A DNA stretch of 64,000 nt from an uncultured delta proteobacterium. GTDB taxonomy: Bacteria; Myxococcota_A; Polyangia; Polyangiales; Polyangiaceae. Each line of letters starts with the position of its first letter. Position 1 is the first letter of the stretch. The notes below the pieces were generated by a model. The model saw only the letters and a program-made list of their open reading frames with translations. It ran no database searches and was not told the DNA's origin. Location: positions 4,288,001 through 4,352,000 of the forward strand of contig CAWDXG010000004.1 in NCBI GenBank assembly GCA_963806225.1, in the 5' to 3' direction. The translations under genes and the position numbers were made by a program. This document shows, in pieces, positions 50,330 to 59,608 of the stretch.

Positions 50330-50809
50330 GTGGAGAGGGTTCTGCGCTACGACGCGGCTACGCCGTCACCTGCTGGGACCATTACGGTGTTTGTGGTCTT
50401 CGGGATGGTGGTGGCGGGCTTTGCGATCGTTGGCGCCGGCGTGTTGGTCGTTTCGCTGATTGCTGGTGCTGCGGCGCTGTCCTTGCTGGTCACGGCGGTT
50501 TTTGCGCCCGTCGCGTACGAACTTGCAGACAGTGAGCTTGTGGTGGTTGGTCGACTCGGCGGTCGCCCGAAGTTCCGCGTGACCAGTGCTCGAGCTCAGC
50601 CAGTTCCGGCTCTTGTCGCTAGCGCCGGGATAGGTCAGGCGTTTGGGTTGGTGGGTTGGGCATGGACCAAGCAACGCGAGTCATTGCTCGTTCTGGCCAC
50701 CGATTGGGACCATGCCATTTGCCTGGAGACAGACCGCCGGCGGCTCGTCATTTCCCCTGCGGATGTCGAGGCATTCAAGGAGGGGCTTGGGATGGTGCTC
50801 GGAGACTGA
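50330..50809 (+). CDS. Membrane protein with bacterial PH-like domain
   Basis: Two TM helices, G..FG..G, LVISP.D..AF. Confidence 0.6.
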   Translation: MERVLRYDAATPSPAGTITVFVVFGMVVAGFAIVGAGVLVVSLIAGAAALSLLVTAVFAPVAYELADSELVVVGRLGGRPKFRVTSARAQPVPALVASAGIGQAFGLVGWAWTKQRESLLVLATDWDHAICLETDRRRLVISPADVEAFKEGLGMVLGD

Positions 50810-50863
50810 AGCCGTCGCGGCCGAGCCCAGCGCCTGGCTCGACCGAGTCGAAGTTGCGATGTG

Positions 50864-51553
50864 TCAGGGCACAGCTGCCCCCCGCGCCCCCCTGCGCCGC
50901 ACCCGCTCCGCCAACCCCATCGCAATCAGATAATCCCGCCGCGCGATCACCGCGCGCGCAGTCGCCGCCCAGTCGCTGTACCAGCGGTACAGAGCGGTGA
51001 GCTCGTCGATGCGCTCCTCGTGGGCGGGGCCGTCGTGGGTTGGTGCGGGCGCGCTCTGCGCGGCGCCCACCTGCTCCGCGAGGCGCTGGCGTTCGCTCTT
51101 GTCGAGGCCACGGCGCGCCAGGACCGCGACAACCTTGCTCCGCGCGGGGAGATCGTCGAGGCGGGCGAGCAGGGTGGCCAGGGCGAGCACGGCCTGCTTT
51201 TCGGCGGGCCTTTCGATGCCGTCGAACAGGCGGGCGTCGCCGACCTCGCGCTCGAGCGCGGCCTGGAAGCGGGAGAAGTGCGTGGCGACCCAGCGCTCGA
51301 TGGCGGCCGTGGCCGCGCGCGCCGGTGCGTCGGCGAACAGGTCGAAGCGGCTCTCGCCGAACGCGCACACCGCGCCCAGCAGCTCCCACCCTTCCACATG
51401 GTCCGCGCGCGTGTAGCCCCCCTCGGCCATCAGCGCGCGGATCGGCGCGCGGGTGCCGACCGCGCGCAGGAAAACCACGACCCGCTCCGGCAGCTCCGCG
51501 CGCACGCTGCGCCCCGGAACGGGAAGCGGGCTGCCGGAACGGGTCATGGACAT
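50864..51553 (-). CDS. Hypothetical protein
   Basis: 229-aa ORF with GC-rich third positions; WYSDWAATAR..I.RRDYLI.MGL. Confidence 0.7.
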   Translation of the reverse strand: MSMTRSGSPLPVPGRSVRAELPERVVVFLRAVGTRAPIRALMAEGGYTRADHVEGWELLGAVCAFGESRFDLFADAPARAATAAIERWVATHFSRFQAALEREVGDARLFDGIERPAEKQAVLALATLLARLDDLPARSKVVAVLARRGLDKSERQRLAEQVGAAQSAPAPTHDGPAHEERIDELTALYRWYSDWAATARAVIARRDYLIAMGLAERVRRRGARGAAVP

Positions 51554-51585
51554 CCCGTTGCCTCACTCGGCCGCGCTGGGCGCGA

Positions 51586-51603
51586 CCACGGTGAGCGGTA
51601 ACA
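51586..51603 (-). repeat. Orphan 18-bp left end of the IS481-like element, inverted
   Basis: Reverse complement TGTTACCGCTCACCGTGG identical to 45725-45742. Confidence 0.85.
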
Positions 51604-51725
51604 AGAGGGATGTGGAATTGCGAAGCGTAGGCCACTTCGTACAGCCACGCCGAGATGTACGCCGCGACGGGAACCAGAGCGACCAGGCCGGCAACGTCCC
51701 AACGAAAGCCACCCCTGTCAGCCAT
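51604..51725 (-). pseudogene. 5' fragment of a membrane protein gene cut at the IS end
   Basis: MADRGGFRWDVAGLVALVPVAAYISAWLYE..IPL, then the IR. Confidence 0.5.
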
Positions 51726-52150
51726 GGGTGGCAGGATCCCACTGGGGCACGCGCGCCGCCACCCGGAATGGCGTCCGAGCTGGCGGTTCCCGGCGGAAAC
51801 GGACTAGGTCGCCGGATCGATGGTGCTCGAAACACCATCAACGGGCGCGGTCTTCGCGGCGGAGCGGGCCTCTGCAGGGTACGGGCGCAGTGGTAGGCGA
51901 GCGCGTCGATGTCGTAGGCGCGGCGCCGGACGACGGTTGCCCGCACACGCGCCCCGCCCCAAGCGCAGCGGCGGTCGCGGCTTCGCGGCGGAGCGGGCCT
52001 CCGCAGGCGGAGCCCCAGCCGTGCTTCGCGTCGATACGCCGCACACGAATGCGGAGACGAGGACTATGGCCCGTGAGCACGCGAAGGCCGCGACCGACGC
52101 GGAGCGGGCCGTGGCAGGGGCGGGTTCGGCATCGGTGGTATGAGGGGCGG

Positions 52151-52954
52151 GTGAGGAGGAAGCGCGCTTCCGGGTTGACCCTGTACGCCAGGTACGACAG
52201 GGAGCAGGTGCTCGAGGAGTTGGGGTTGCCGAAGAGGCCCGCCTACCTGGGCGGCGCATTCTTCACGGATGGCACCGTCAGCGCGTTGTTCGCGACGGTT
52301 GGTAGGAGCACGCAGGTATGCCACTTCCAGCGTACCGGCGAGTTCGAGTGGCGCATGAAGCCCGGCGGCCGGGTCCGCCGGCCTCCCGACACGGCACTGG
52401 GCGACATCTCGCTCCTATGCAAGTTGGAGGAGGACGAGAAGTTCACCTACCTCGGTCGCACCAGCATGCATCCTGCCGCGTGGGTGCGTGAGCAGACGAT
52501 GGTGTTGAGCCCGGCGCTGGATCCGAAGCAGTGGAAGCGTTGGGGAATAGGTCGATACCAGGGCTGGCAGGTAACCTTCGATGGCGAGACACGGCGCGTT
52601 TCGGATGCACGACAGCGGCAACGTCTCATCAGGTCGCTGCAGAAGTTGCCGTCGTGCGAGGTTTCGATGAACCGGCCGCAGGGCGATTGGGTTTTCTGCT
52701 TGCTGGAACCAACCAGGGGCTACGTCGGCATCCAACCCGACGAGCGGGGATGGATCGCGATCGAGAAGGCGACACGGCGCAAGACGCCGCACGGGGCAAC
52801 GGTACTGTTTCGCCTCGACAACGGTCAGGTCGACAAGGTCGCGATCGACCGGACAGTGAAGCGGGAAACCGCCATAGCCGTCATCGATCGGCTCCTGGCT
52901 GGGGATGACCGGCCCGACATCGTCAGATGGCGGCGAGCAACGCGCGCTCGTTGA
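52151..52954 (+). CDS. Hypothetical protein; start uncertain
   Basis: Protein-like composition from GTG 52151 after GAGGGG. Confidence 0.6.
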   Translation: MRRKRASGLTLYARYDREQVLEELGLPKRPAYLGGAFFTDGTVSALFATVGRSTQVCHFQRTGEFEWRMKPGGRVRRPPDTALGDISLLCKLEEDEKFTYLGRTSMHPAAWVREQTMVLSPALDPKQWKRWGIGRYQGWQVTFDGETRRVSDARQRQRLIRSLQKLPSCEVSMNRPQGDWVFCLLEPTRGYVGIQPDERGWIAIEKATRRKTPHGATVLFRLDNGQVDKVAIDRTVKRETAIAVIDRLLAGDDRPDIVRWRRATRAR

Positions 52955-53053
52955 TGAAGGTACTCACCCGTCGCGCCCCAGCCGGACTGTCCACGGGCGC
53001 AAGGCTGGGCTACGAACGCAGACGGCGAGGGCTGCGCTCGGCGATGCGATCGA

Positions 53054-55052
53054 GCCCGTAGGTAGGATGAACGCCCTCTGCTCGCTGCTCCTGGTTGCCC
53101 CACGTCACTCTCGCTGCCTCTGCCGGACAGACTACGCCGCGATCGAGCTCCGCGGAAGGCCCGCCGGCGTGGCGTCCGGCCCCCCGCGCGTCGCCCGCGC
53201 ACGACCACCCCGCCTCCGGTCGGATCTCCGCCCTCGCGAGCGCGCGTTCAGGGCACGTCGAACAGCTCCGCCTGCACGGGCTCTCCGAGCCGGCGGCGGA
53301 TGACGCGGCTCTTGAAGAAGGGTGGCCCCCTCGCGGGCGCGAGCGTGGGCGGCTCGGTCGGCTCGCCGAGCCAGCGGAGGTAGCGCACGATGCCGGCGGC
53401 GGTGACGACGAGGGCGCGGAGCTTCATCCTGCCGCCACAGTGCTCGCACCGCTCCACGTCGATTTTGAAGCTGCGGCGTAGCAACTCGCGCCATGGGCGA
53501 TATCCGCAGCGATGCGTGGGCGGCTTGTCCTTCGTGTTCGCGCACGTGGCGCAGTGCGCGTCGTCGTCGTTCTTGTCGTCGTCGTCGTCGCGCGGCGGCG
53601 GCGGAACAATGCGCGCTCTCCATTTGCTGTGTGCAGCGAGGACCCCGCCGTACCTCACCGTATTGAAACGCGGGGGATGCACGGCCGCCGCGAGTCGTGC
53701 CAGCAGGGACAGAGGGTCTAGATCGATTGCATAGGTTCCATCACTGAACGGCCGCTTCAGGATCAGCCGCACGAGATCGTCGCCGGCGAGCTGGACGCGC
53801 TCCTGCGAGATCGGCGGCCGCAGGATGTACTTGCAGAGCGCTTCCTTTCCCGCGGCGTCGGTGGCGCTCGCGGTGGTCGAGGCGTGCAGCGACAAACCGC
53901 CCAGGGTGGCGCAGAGCGCCTTGGTGTGGAGGAGCCTGGCTTCGCCGCGCAGCGTGATGGGATCGCGCCGGCGCAGCGCGGGTCCTGCCGGCACGGTGCC
54001 GAGCGTGGAGGCGACGGCGAGCTGGGCGAGCGCGGGCTCGCTCTCGGCGAGCGTCGCGTCCGCGCTGACAACGCTCGCGCCGCTGCCGCTGCCGCTGCCG
54101 CTGCCGCCGCTGCTCTCGTCGGCGTCCGCGATCACGCCTTTGCGTCGCAAGAGCGCGAGGATGCGCGCGCGGGCGATCTGCAGCACGTCGGCGACGTCGT
54201 CGTTGGTCAGGAAGGGCAGCGGATGGAAGCGGAGCTCGCCGCTCTCGTCCTCGGTGAACACCCCATCGAGACCGATCGAATGGAAATGTGGGTTGAGCCG
54301 GAAATCACTCGAGACGCGCTGCACGGCGGTGACGGCGCCGCTCCTGCCGCCGTCGATGCCGCGCTCGCGCAGGCGGCGGCGGTACCAGCGGAGCACCGAG
54401 TCGACGAAGGCGTGGCAGACCGCGCCGAGCAGCCCGGCGTCGTAGGCGAGCCGCGCCCTGAGCTCGAACGGCAGCGTGAGCACCCACTGCCTGAGCGGTA
54501 CGCCCGGCGGCAGAATGTGTTCCACAAGGTCCGCAGCGCCGGCCGCCATGCGGCGGCCCAGGCACGAGGGACACAAGGAGCGGCCTTTGCAGGAAAATGC
54601 GACGACCCTCCGCCTCTGGCAGTCGGGGCACGCAAGCACGGAAAATCCCCGCGCCAGGACCCCGCAGTCGATGTAGCGCTCGAGCTCGTCCTTGACGAAG
54701 CCGGAAAGCGGCGCGGCGAAGCCCTGCTCGGCGGCGGCGTAGAGCGTGCAGAGGTTGCCCTGCACCACGCGGTACAGGGCGGTCGCTTCCGGATGGCGGC
54801 GCGAGTACGTCGGCTTGGCGCGCGCGGCAGACGCGGCGGACGCGGCAGACGCGGCGGACACGGCGGACGCGGCAGACACACCGCGCGCCTGCGCAAGCGG
54901 CGTGCCGGCACGGCGGAGCGGTGATTCGCGCTATTTCGTGCGCGCGGCGGGGTGGCGACACGGCGGTCCGCCGGTGGCGGCCGCCAGCGCGACGCGCTCG
55001 GCTCCGTGGGGCCCCCTGTACCGGCCGGGCGCTTCGCCCGGCCTTGGCGGGC
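53054..55052 (-). mobile_element. ISCR-like element B1: ori, intact transposase and upstream region
   Basis: ori GCCCGTAGGTAGGATGAACG 194 bp downstream of the tnp stop; repeated at 59609. Confidence 0.9.
53248..54879 (-). CDS. IS91/ISCR-family HUH rolling-circle transposase, apparently intact
   Basis: Zn motif CPDC..SCKGRSLCPSC, RQWVLTLP, HUH NPHFH, single Tyr in EALCKYILRP. Confidence 0.93.
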   Translation of the reverse strand: MSAASAVSAASAASAASAARAKPTYSRRHPEATALYRVVQGNLCTLYAAAEQGFAAPLSGFVKDELERYIDCGVLARGFSVLACPDCQRRRVVAFSCKGRSLCPSCLGRRMAAGAADLVEHILPPGVPLRQWVLTLPFELRARLAYDAGLLGAVCHAFVDSVLRWYRRRLRERGIDGGRSGAVTAVQRVSSDFRLNPHFHSIGLDGVFTEDESGELRFHPLPFLTNDDVADVLQIARARILALLRRKGVIADADESSGGSGSGSGSGASVVSADATLAESEPALAQLAVASTLGTVPAGPALRRRDPITLRGEARLLHTKALCATLGGLSLHASTTASATDAAGKEALCKYILRPPISQERVQLAGDDLVRLILKRPFSDGTYAIDLDPLSLLARLAAAVHPPRFNTVRYGGVLAAHSKWRARIVPPPPRDDDDDKNDDDAHCATCANTKDKPPTHRCGYRPWRELLRRSFKIDVERCEHCGGRMKLRALVVTAAGIVRYLRWLGEPTEPPTLAPARGPPFFKSRVIRRRLGEPVQAELFDVP

Positions 55053-55225
55053 AAGCCCAAGACGATCACCCCTTCACGCCACCCGCCGAAGTCGTCGATG
55101 GACGTGCCGTCGCCCGTGTAGTTGCCGTACTGGTCGAACGGCAGCTCGCCGCGCTGGGTAGCGCCGCCAAGGCCCGGCGGCTTGGTCTGCGGGGGTTGGA
55201 CGACGCGGAAGGGGTGGCGGACGCG

Positions 55226-55282
55226 GCCGGCCGCCATGCGGCGGCCCAGGCACGAGGGACACAAGGAGCGGCCTTTGCAGGA
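55226..55282 (-). repeat. 57-bp direct copy of transposase Zn-finger coding sequence
   Basis: Identical to 54538-54594; also present at 61672-61728. Confidence 0.92.
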
Positions 55283-55286
55283 GCCC

Positions 55287-55685
55287 ATGACGCAGGAAGC
55301 GCGGGACGATCAACTCCGAGCATGGAAAGCCCGCAGCGAGGGGCGCAGAAGTGCCGAGTACGCGCTCGGGGAGGAGTATGGCGATGGCTGGGCCCAGCAT
55401 GCTGCCGACCTGAGCGAGATGGCGGCTATCATCCACGAGCAGGTTATCCCCGACTTCGAGCACGACAACTGGCTCCGGCTGCTTCGTGCGTATCCCAGCA
55501 TCCTTCCGTTCATGCAGGCCCAGGAATCCTACGTCTCCACCAACACCTTCTTCGTGAAGGGCTTTCTGGAAGGAGCGGTGCGGCGCTGGAAGAGCGCCAT
55601 GAGCCCGCCGGCCAGAAGTCGCGCTTGCCGTGTGCTTCGTACCTTTGTCCGAAGACCTGCAAGATGCGGCGCGCAAGAAAGTTGA
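55287..55685 (+). CDS. Hypothetical protein with chimeric C-terminus after 55610
   Basis: CAGGAG RBS; near-identical to 61733-62107 up to SAMSPP. Confidence 0.6.
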   Translation: MTQEARDDQLRAWKARSEGRRSAEYALGEEYGDGWAQHAADLSEMAAIIHEQVIPDFEHDNWLRLLRAYPSILPFMQAQESYVSTNTFFVKGFLEGAVRRWKSAMSPPARSRACRVLRTFVRRPARCGAQES

Positions 55686-56250
55686 CGTTCAGCTTGTCCT
55701 CGGCCGCTTGAGCCTCGGCGTCGGCCTGCTTTTTCCGGAGCGCCAGCAGCTCGTCGACATCGTCTACATCTCGGAGCAGCTCGATGTCGTCCGGTCGGTT
55801 CCACTGCACGATGTCATCGCCTTGATCCGAAAACTTCGCGTTCGCGAGCTTGCCGAGGTCAATAACCGCGTCCACGAGCGCCGGAGGCTTGGTGTCAGCT
55901 GAGTCCGCACGTTCTCGTAGTTCGCGCCAGGTGTAATAACGGAATGCGCCTTCAGCGTCGTACTTGTCGTGCAGCAGGCGCAGAACCAACCTGAACCACC
56001 GCCGCACGGCCTCTCCTTGGGAAGACGCAAGAAGTCCGGTGAGTGTGATGCCGTACTGGTCCTTCAGGTTGCTGTTGACCTTCACGGCGAACTCGGGGCA
56101 CAGGGACTCCACGATCCGCTTCTTCTCTTCGAGACTTGCGCCCGGCGCGGCTTTTCGTAGATCGATGCCCGACACGGACGACCAGAAGTTGGCGCTCTTT
56201 CTTGTGGCCAGGTCGTCGAGTACTGCCTGCTGGTCGGGGGAAAGCGACAT
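55611..56250 (-). pseudogene. Hypothetical gene, probably 3'-truncated at the duplication junction
   Basis: Protein-like until RDFWP, then reads into the duplicated unit. Confidence 0.55.
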
Positions 56251-56290
56251 GGAATGTGACAGATGATACCACTTGGCAACGTCGAAGCAG

Positions 56291-57067
56291 CTACGTCACT
56301 TTCTTCCAAGCGCCATACAATTGGTCGAGGGACTTGGCGTTCGCATCGAAGCCATCGGCGGGCCTGATGCCATGGTGCTCGCACTCGGCGGCGTAGTTGG
56401 TCGTGGCTGTTCGGAGCCAGGTCGTGATCCGACGTAGACCGACCTTCTGGCTGATCGGTCGCATTCTTCCAGCGTCTTCATAGGGCGGGAGATACGAAAT
56501 CTCGTCGTCGGGCTCGTCACGAGAGAAGTCGGACGTCCGGGTGCCACGTGTCAGCGAATGCACGACGGCGCACCTCGTCAGCGAGTAGAGCAGCGCGGGG
56601 TACGTGTATCGTTCCCTCGCCAACTTCTCGATGTCGTTCTCCGGGGCCAGAGCAGGCTCCTTGTTGACAAGCTCGTCCCACTCGCAGTCCAGGTGAGCAA
56701 AGGGGCTGGCCTGAAACTCGAACGAGGAGGTCGCTTCCTGTGCGGGGTTCACGTCCCTCGCGAGAAGGAGCCGCCTCGCGACCTCGTGGAGCCGAGCAGG
56801 CCCGATTGCCAGGATGTCCTCCGCCAGGAAGACCACCGCAATCTTCCTCGTGTCCGGGTCCCCCGCATAGCGCTGGACGAACTGCGAGAGACGCTCCGCC
56901 CCGTTGATGCGTTTGAGCTTGTGGTCGTGTTCTCGGATATTGGCGAGCGCATCGAGGGCAACGGTGGCAATGAGCACCGCCTCGTGACGCCATCCGTCCC
57001 GGTAGAGATGCTCGGCGAGATCAGCACGCTCGTGGAAGTAGCGTTCGAAGGTTTCGGGGTCAGGCAT
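56291..57067 (-). CDS. Hypothetical protein, possibly HEPN-like
   Basis: Helical; LYSLTRCAVVH has an RxxxxH pattern; lower GC. Confidence 0.65.
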   Translation of the reverse strand: MPDPETFERYFHERADLAEHLYRDGWRHEAVLIATVALDALANIREHDHKLKRINGAERLSQFVQRYAGDPDTRKIAVVFLAEDILAIGPARLHEVARRLLLARDVNPAQEATSSFEFQASPFAHLDCEWDELVNKEPALAPENDIEKLARERYTYPALLYSLTRCAVVHSLTRGTRTSDFSRDEPDDEISYLPPYEDAGRMRPISQKVGLRRITTWLRTATTNYAAECEHHGIRPADGFDANAKSLDQLYGAWKKVT

Positions 57068-57105
57068 GATGGGCTCGTTCGAGTGCTCTCCGACTGCACA
57101 TCGGC

Positions 57106-57325
57106 TCACTGCGCGTAGATCGTGTACCCGTACCCGTTCCCGACAGGCGGGACGACGACTTCCAGTCTCCAGCCCTTGAGCCCCACCGTCTTCTTCGCGG
57201 TCTTCGTGCCGCCGGTCAACAACGTCTGGCGGAGCGCTGCTGGCACGGGCTGACCGACGACCTTCTCGGTCAGAAAGGCGGGCAAGCGTCCCGAGAAAGC
57301 TCCGGCGTCGATCGTCGGCAGGTCG
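57106..57325 (-). pseudogene. Probable 3' gene fragment abutting the upstream stop codon
   Basis: DDLPTIDAGAF..GYGYTIYAQ with no convincing start. Confidence 0.4.
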
Positions 57326-57874
57326 TCAGTGGCCGAGGATGCAGTTGTTGACTGCATCCCACTCCTGCTGGCACAGGTTGGGCTGGAGCTGGGAGACACC
57401 ATGCGAGTCACAGTAGAACCCACACGGTCCGTAGGACGCGGCGCACTGTTGCAAGGCGTCGAACTCGGCCGTGCATTGCGGGACCTTCGCGCGCCCGCTT
57501 TCGCAGTCGGGCACGCACTGGGCGTACGTCATGTCGTTCGGGCACGACAGCGCTGCCGGATCGCTGCATACCTGCTCGCAGGCCGTGAGCGCGCCGGCGT
57601 CCGAGCCCGCGTCGACCTGTGCCGCCCCGGCGTCGGTGGTCGAGGGGAAACAGTTGCTGGCTCCTCCGGTGCCCGCTGTTGCGCCATCCTGGCCTGTCGG
57701 ACTTCCCCCTGTGCCGGTGTTCCCCGCGCCGCCACCGTCCGCCGTCGCGCCGCCCGCGCCGCCCGCGCCCCCCGTCGTGCTGCCACCTCCAGCGCCGCTG
57801 CTATGCGCGCTGCATGCGAGCAGAACAGCGCCGAGAAGTGGGAGCGACAACCTCCAATTCCGGTACGCATGCAT
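57326..57874 (-). CDS. Gly- and Cys-rich lipoprotein
   Basis: LLAC lipobox, GGAGG linker, Cys-rich C-terminus. Confidence 0.8.
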   Translation of the reverse strand: MHAYRNWRLSLPLLGAVLLACSAHSSGAGGGSTTGGAGGAGGATADGGGAGNTGTGGSPTGQDGATAGTGGASNCFPSTTDAGAAQVDAGSDAGALTACEQVCSDPAALSCPNDMTYAQCVPDCESGRAKVPQCTAEFDALQQCAASYGPCGFYCDSHGVSQLQPNLCQQEWDAVNNCILGH

Positions 57875-57886
57875 GGTCGGATGGCC

Positions 57887-58402
57887 TCAGTCCTTTACGC
57901 AGATCCCGCGATTGCAGCTTTCGCTCTTGGGACAGAACTGGCAGTGCGACCCCGTCGGACAGTAGCTGTTCGGGTCTCCCGAAAATCCATCCAACACGCG
58001 GGGATCGGGACACGAGATGATGCGGCAGGCGTGTTCGGCCAGGTCGCAGACCTGGTAGGCCCACGGGCAGTCCGCTTGCGACGAGCACTTGACCAGGCAG
58101 TGGGGGTTCGAGGGCACCGAGTAGGTTCCTGCCTGGTCGCAGGTCCAACCATTCGGGCACGCACCGCCGCCGAAGCAAAGTCCGGCGTCGGGCTGCGTGC
58201 AGATCCCGACTTGGTGCAGGGGCCCCACGCCATCTGCCTGCGTGACACAGCTCATCCCATCGCCGCACTCGATATCATTCGGTTGCGGCGACCCCGACCA
58301 GTAGCCGCAAGTAGCGCCTGGCTGTCGCGTCGTGGTGACGCCCGAGGGAGACGACGAGCAGCCCACGACGAGCAGCAGCGCCACCAGGAACCCCGGTCTC
58401 AC
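57887..58402 (-). CDS. Cys-rich lipoprotein
   Basis: GTG start overlapping the upstream stop; VVGC lipobox. Confidence 0.75.
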   Translation of the reverse strand: MRPGFLVALLLVVGCSSSPSGVTTTRQPGATCGYWSGSPQPNDIECGDGMSCVTQADGVGPLHQVGICTQPDAGLCFGGGACPNGWTCDQAGTYSVPSNPHCLVKCSSQADCPWAYQVCDLAEHACRIISCPDPRVLDGFSGDPNSYCPTGSHCQFCPKSESCNRGICVKD

Positions 58403-58938
58403 GCGCGCCTCCGCCGCCTTCTGCGGCCGACGTACACCACCGGAAACATCAGCAACCCGAACAGCGGTGCACTTCCGACCGCCGCGCCCATGACCGGATA
58501 GCAGTTGCAGCCGCCGCCGAAGGACGACACGTGCCCCTTGACCGTCACGGTGTGGGTCACTCCGTCGCTGGTGACAAGGTGCACGGTCCAGATCTTGTCG
58601 CCCGTGGTGCTCGTCATCCACGTCACGAGCCCCATTGGCGCGCCAGCGTCGACCGTGTGGCAAGCGGGGTCCTGAATGCACACTGAGCGGTCGGGGACCT
58701 CGATCGCGTCGGTGCAGTTGTTGAAGATCTGCAGGAAGCCGTGGCACTGACAGCCATTCCCGCCGCTTACGATCCTGACGCATGCCGGAAGCGCAGGATC
58801 CACCTGTGCGGGTTCGACCGTGATGTCGCACGGGTTCTCGCAGCCCGCCATGGCGCACCGGGTCCCGAACAGCGCGCCCACCGCAAATAGGCCGCCGACG
58901 AGCGCGCGCTGAATGCAATGGTACCGGGACCCTTTCAT
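58399..58938 (-). CDS. Secreted Cys-rich protein with MYXO-CTERM-like anchor
   Basis: GGGCNC, TM helix, RRRRRRR tail. Confidence 0.75.
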   Translation of the reverse strand: MKGSRYHCIQRALVGGLFAVGALFGTRCAMAGCENPCDITVEPAQVDPALPACVRIVSGGNGCQCHGFLQIFNNCTDAIEVPDRSVCIQDPACHTVDAGAPMGLVTWMTSTTGDKIWTVHLVTSDGVTHTVTVKGHVSSFGGGCNCYPVMGAAVGSAPLFGLLMFPVVYVGRRRRRRRA

Positions 58939-58951
58939 GCGGACGATCGTA

Positions 58952-59608
58952 TCATGCTCCGTGCGCGAGCACGTACTCCGTGTCGCCTCGCAGGAGATCG
59001 GCCGCATTGACGGAGATGTGCTTGCCCTCCTGTGCATCGATCTCCCGGATGAGCGCCTGCAGGTTGTGTTGGGCGCTGTGGATCAGGCTCTCGCCGAAGC
59101 CGGCGGAATCGATCTCGCCCCGCTGAACCAGCTCGGTGACCAATGCTTGGAGGCTCTCCCGGGTCGCAATCAGATTGAACGTAACCGAGCGCCTCGTCGT
59201 CCACCCCGCCACGTCCTTTGCCGTGATATCCAGCGTGTGGGGGCCTAGAGTGAACCAAAGCAGATCGACGCTCTCTCCGTTCGCTACGGCAGATCCGTCG
59301 AGGGTCCCGCCCACACTGGAGAGGCCGGACCCGGGAGCCGGATCGCTCGCCGAAAAGTCGACGACGAACGGGTCGACACGCGTGTAGTCGGCTCGTGCGA
59401 CGGCAGAGATGACCGGCGACCGGGTGTCGATCTTCAACTCGTCGCTCTTGGCCAACTCCACGTTCTTCGCGTTGTCCTTGGCGCGGTAGTAGAGGGTGGT
59501 ATCGCCTTCGTCCGAATACGTGAAAGGAGCGCTGTACTCGGTCCACGTCACCTTGTCGTGGCTCGTCTCGATGGCGGCAATCCCGGTGCTACTGAAGTCC
59601 TGAGCCGT
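58952..59608 (-). pseudogene. 3' fragment of a surface protein with Ig-like domains, cut at the ori end
   Basis: WTEYSAPF..EG..LYYRAKD..NVE..KIDTRSP; frame open up to the ori junction. Confidence 0.7.

Noticed and set aside
45725..51603. Composite transposon between inverted left ends
   Set aside because: Flanks CCCATC and AGAGGG do not form a target duplication.
51852..52118. CRISPR array
   Set aside because: Only three degenerate units with unequal spacing of about 100 bp, and no cas genes.
54538..55282. Diversity-generating retroelement TR/VR pair
   Set aside because: No reverse transcriptase. The B1 pair is identical, and the B2 differences are synonymous and not adenine-specific.
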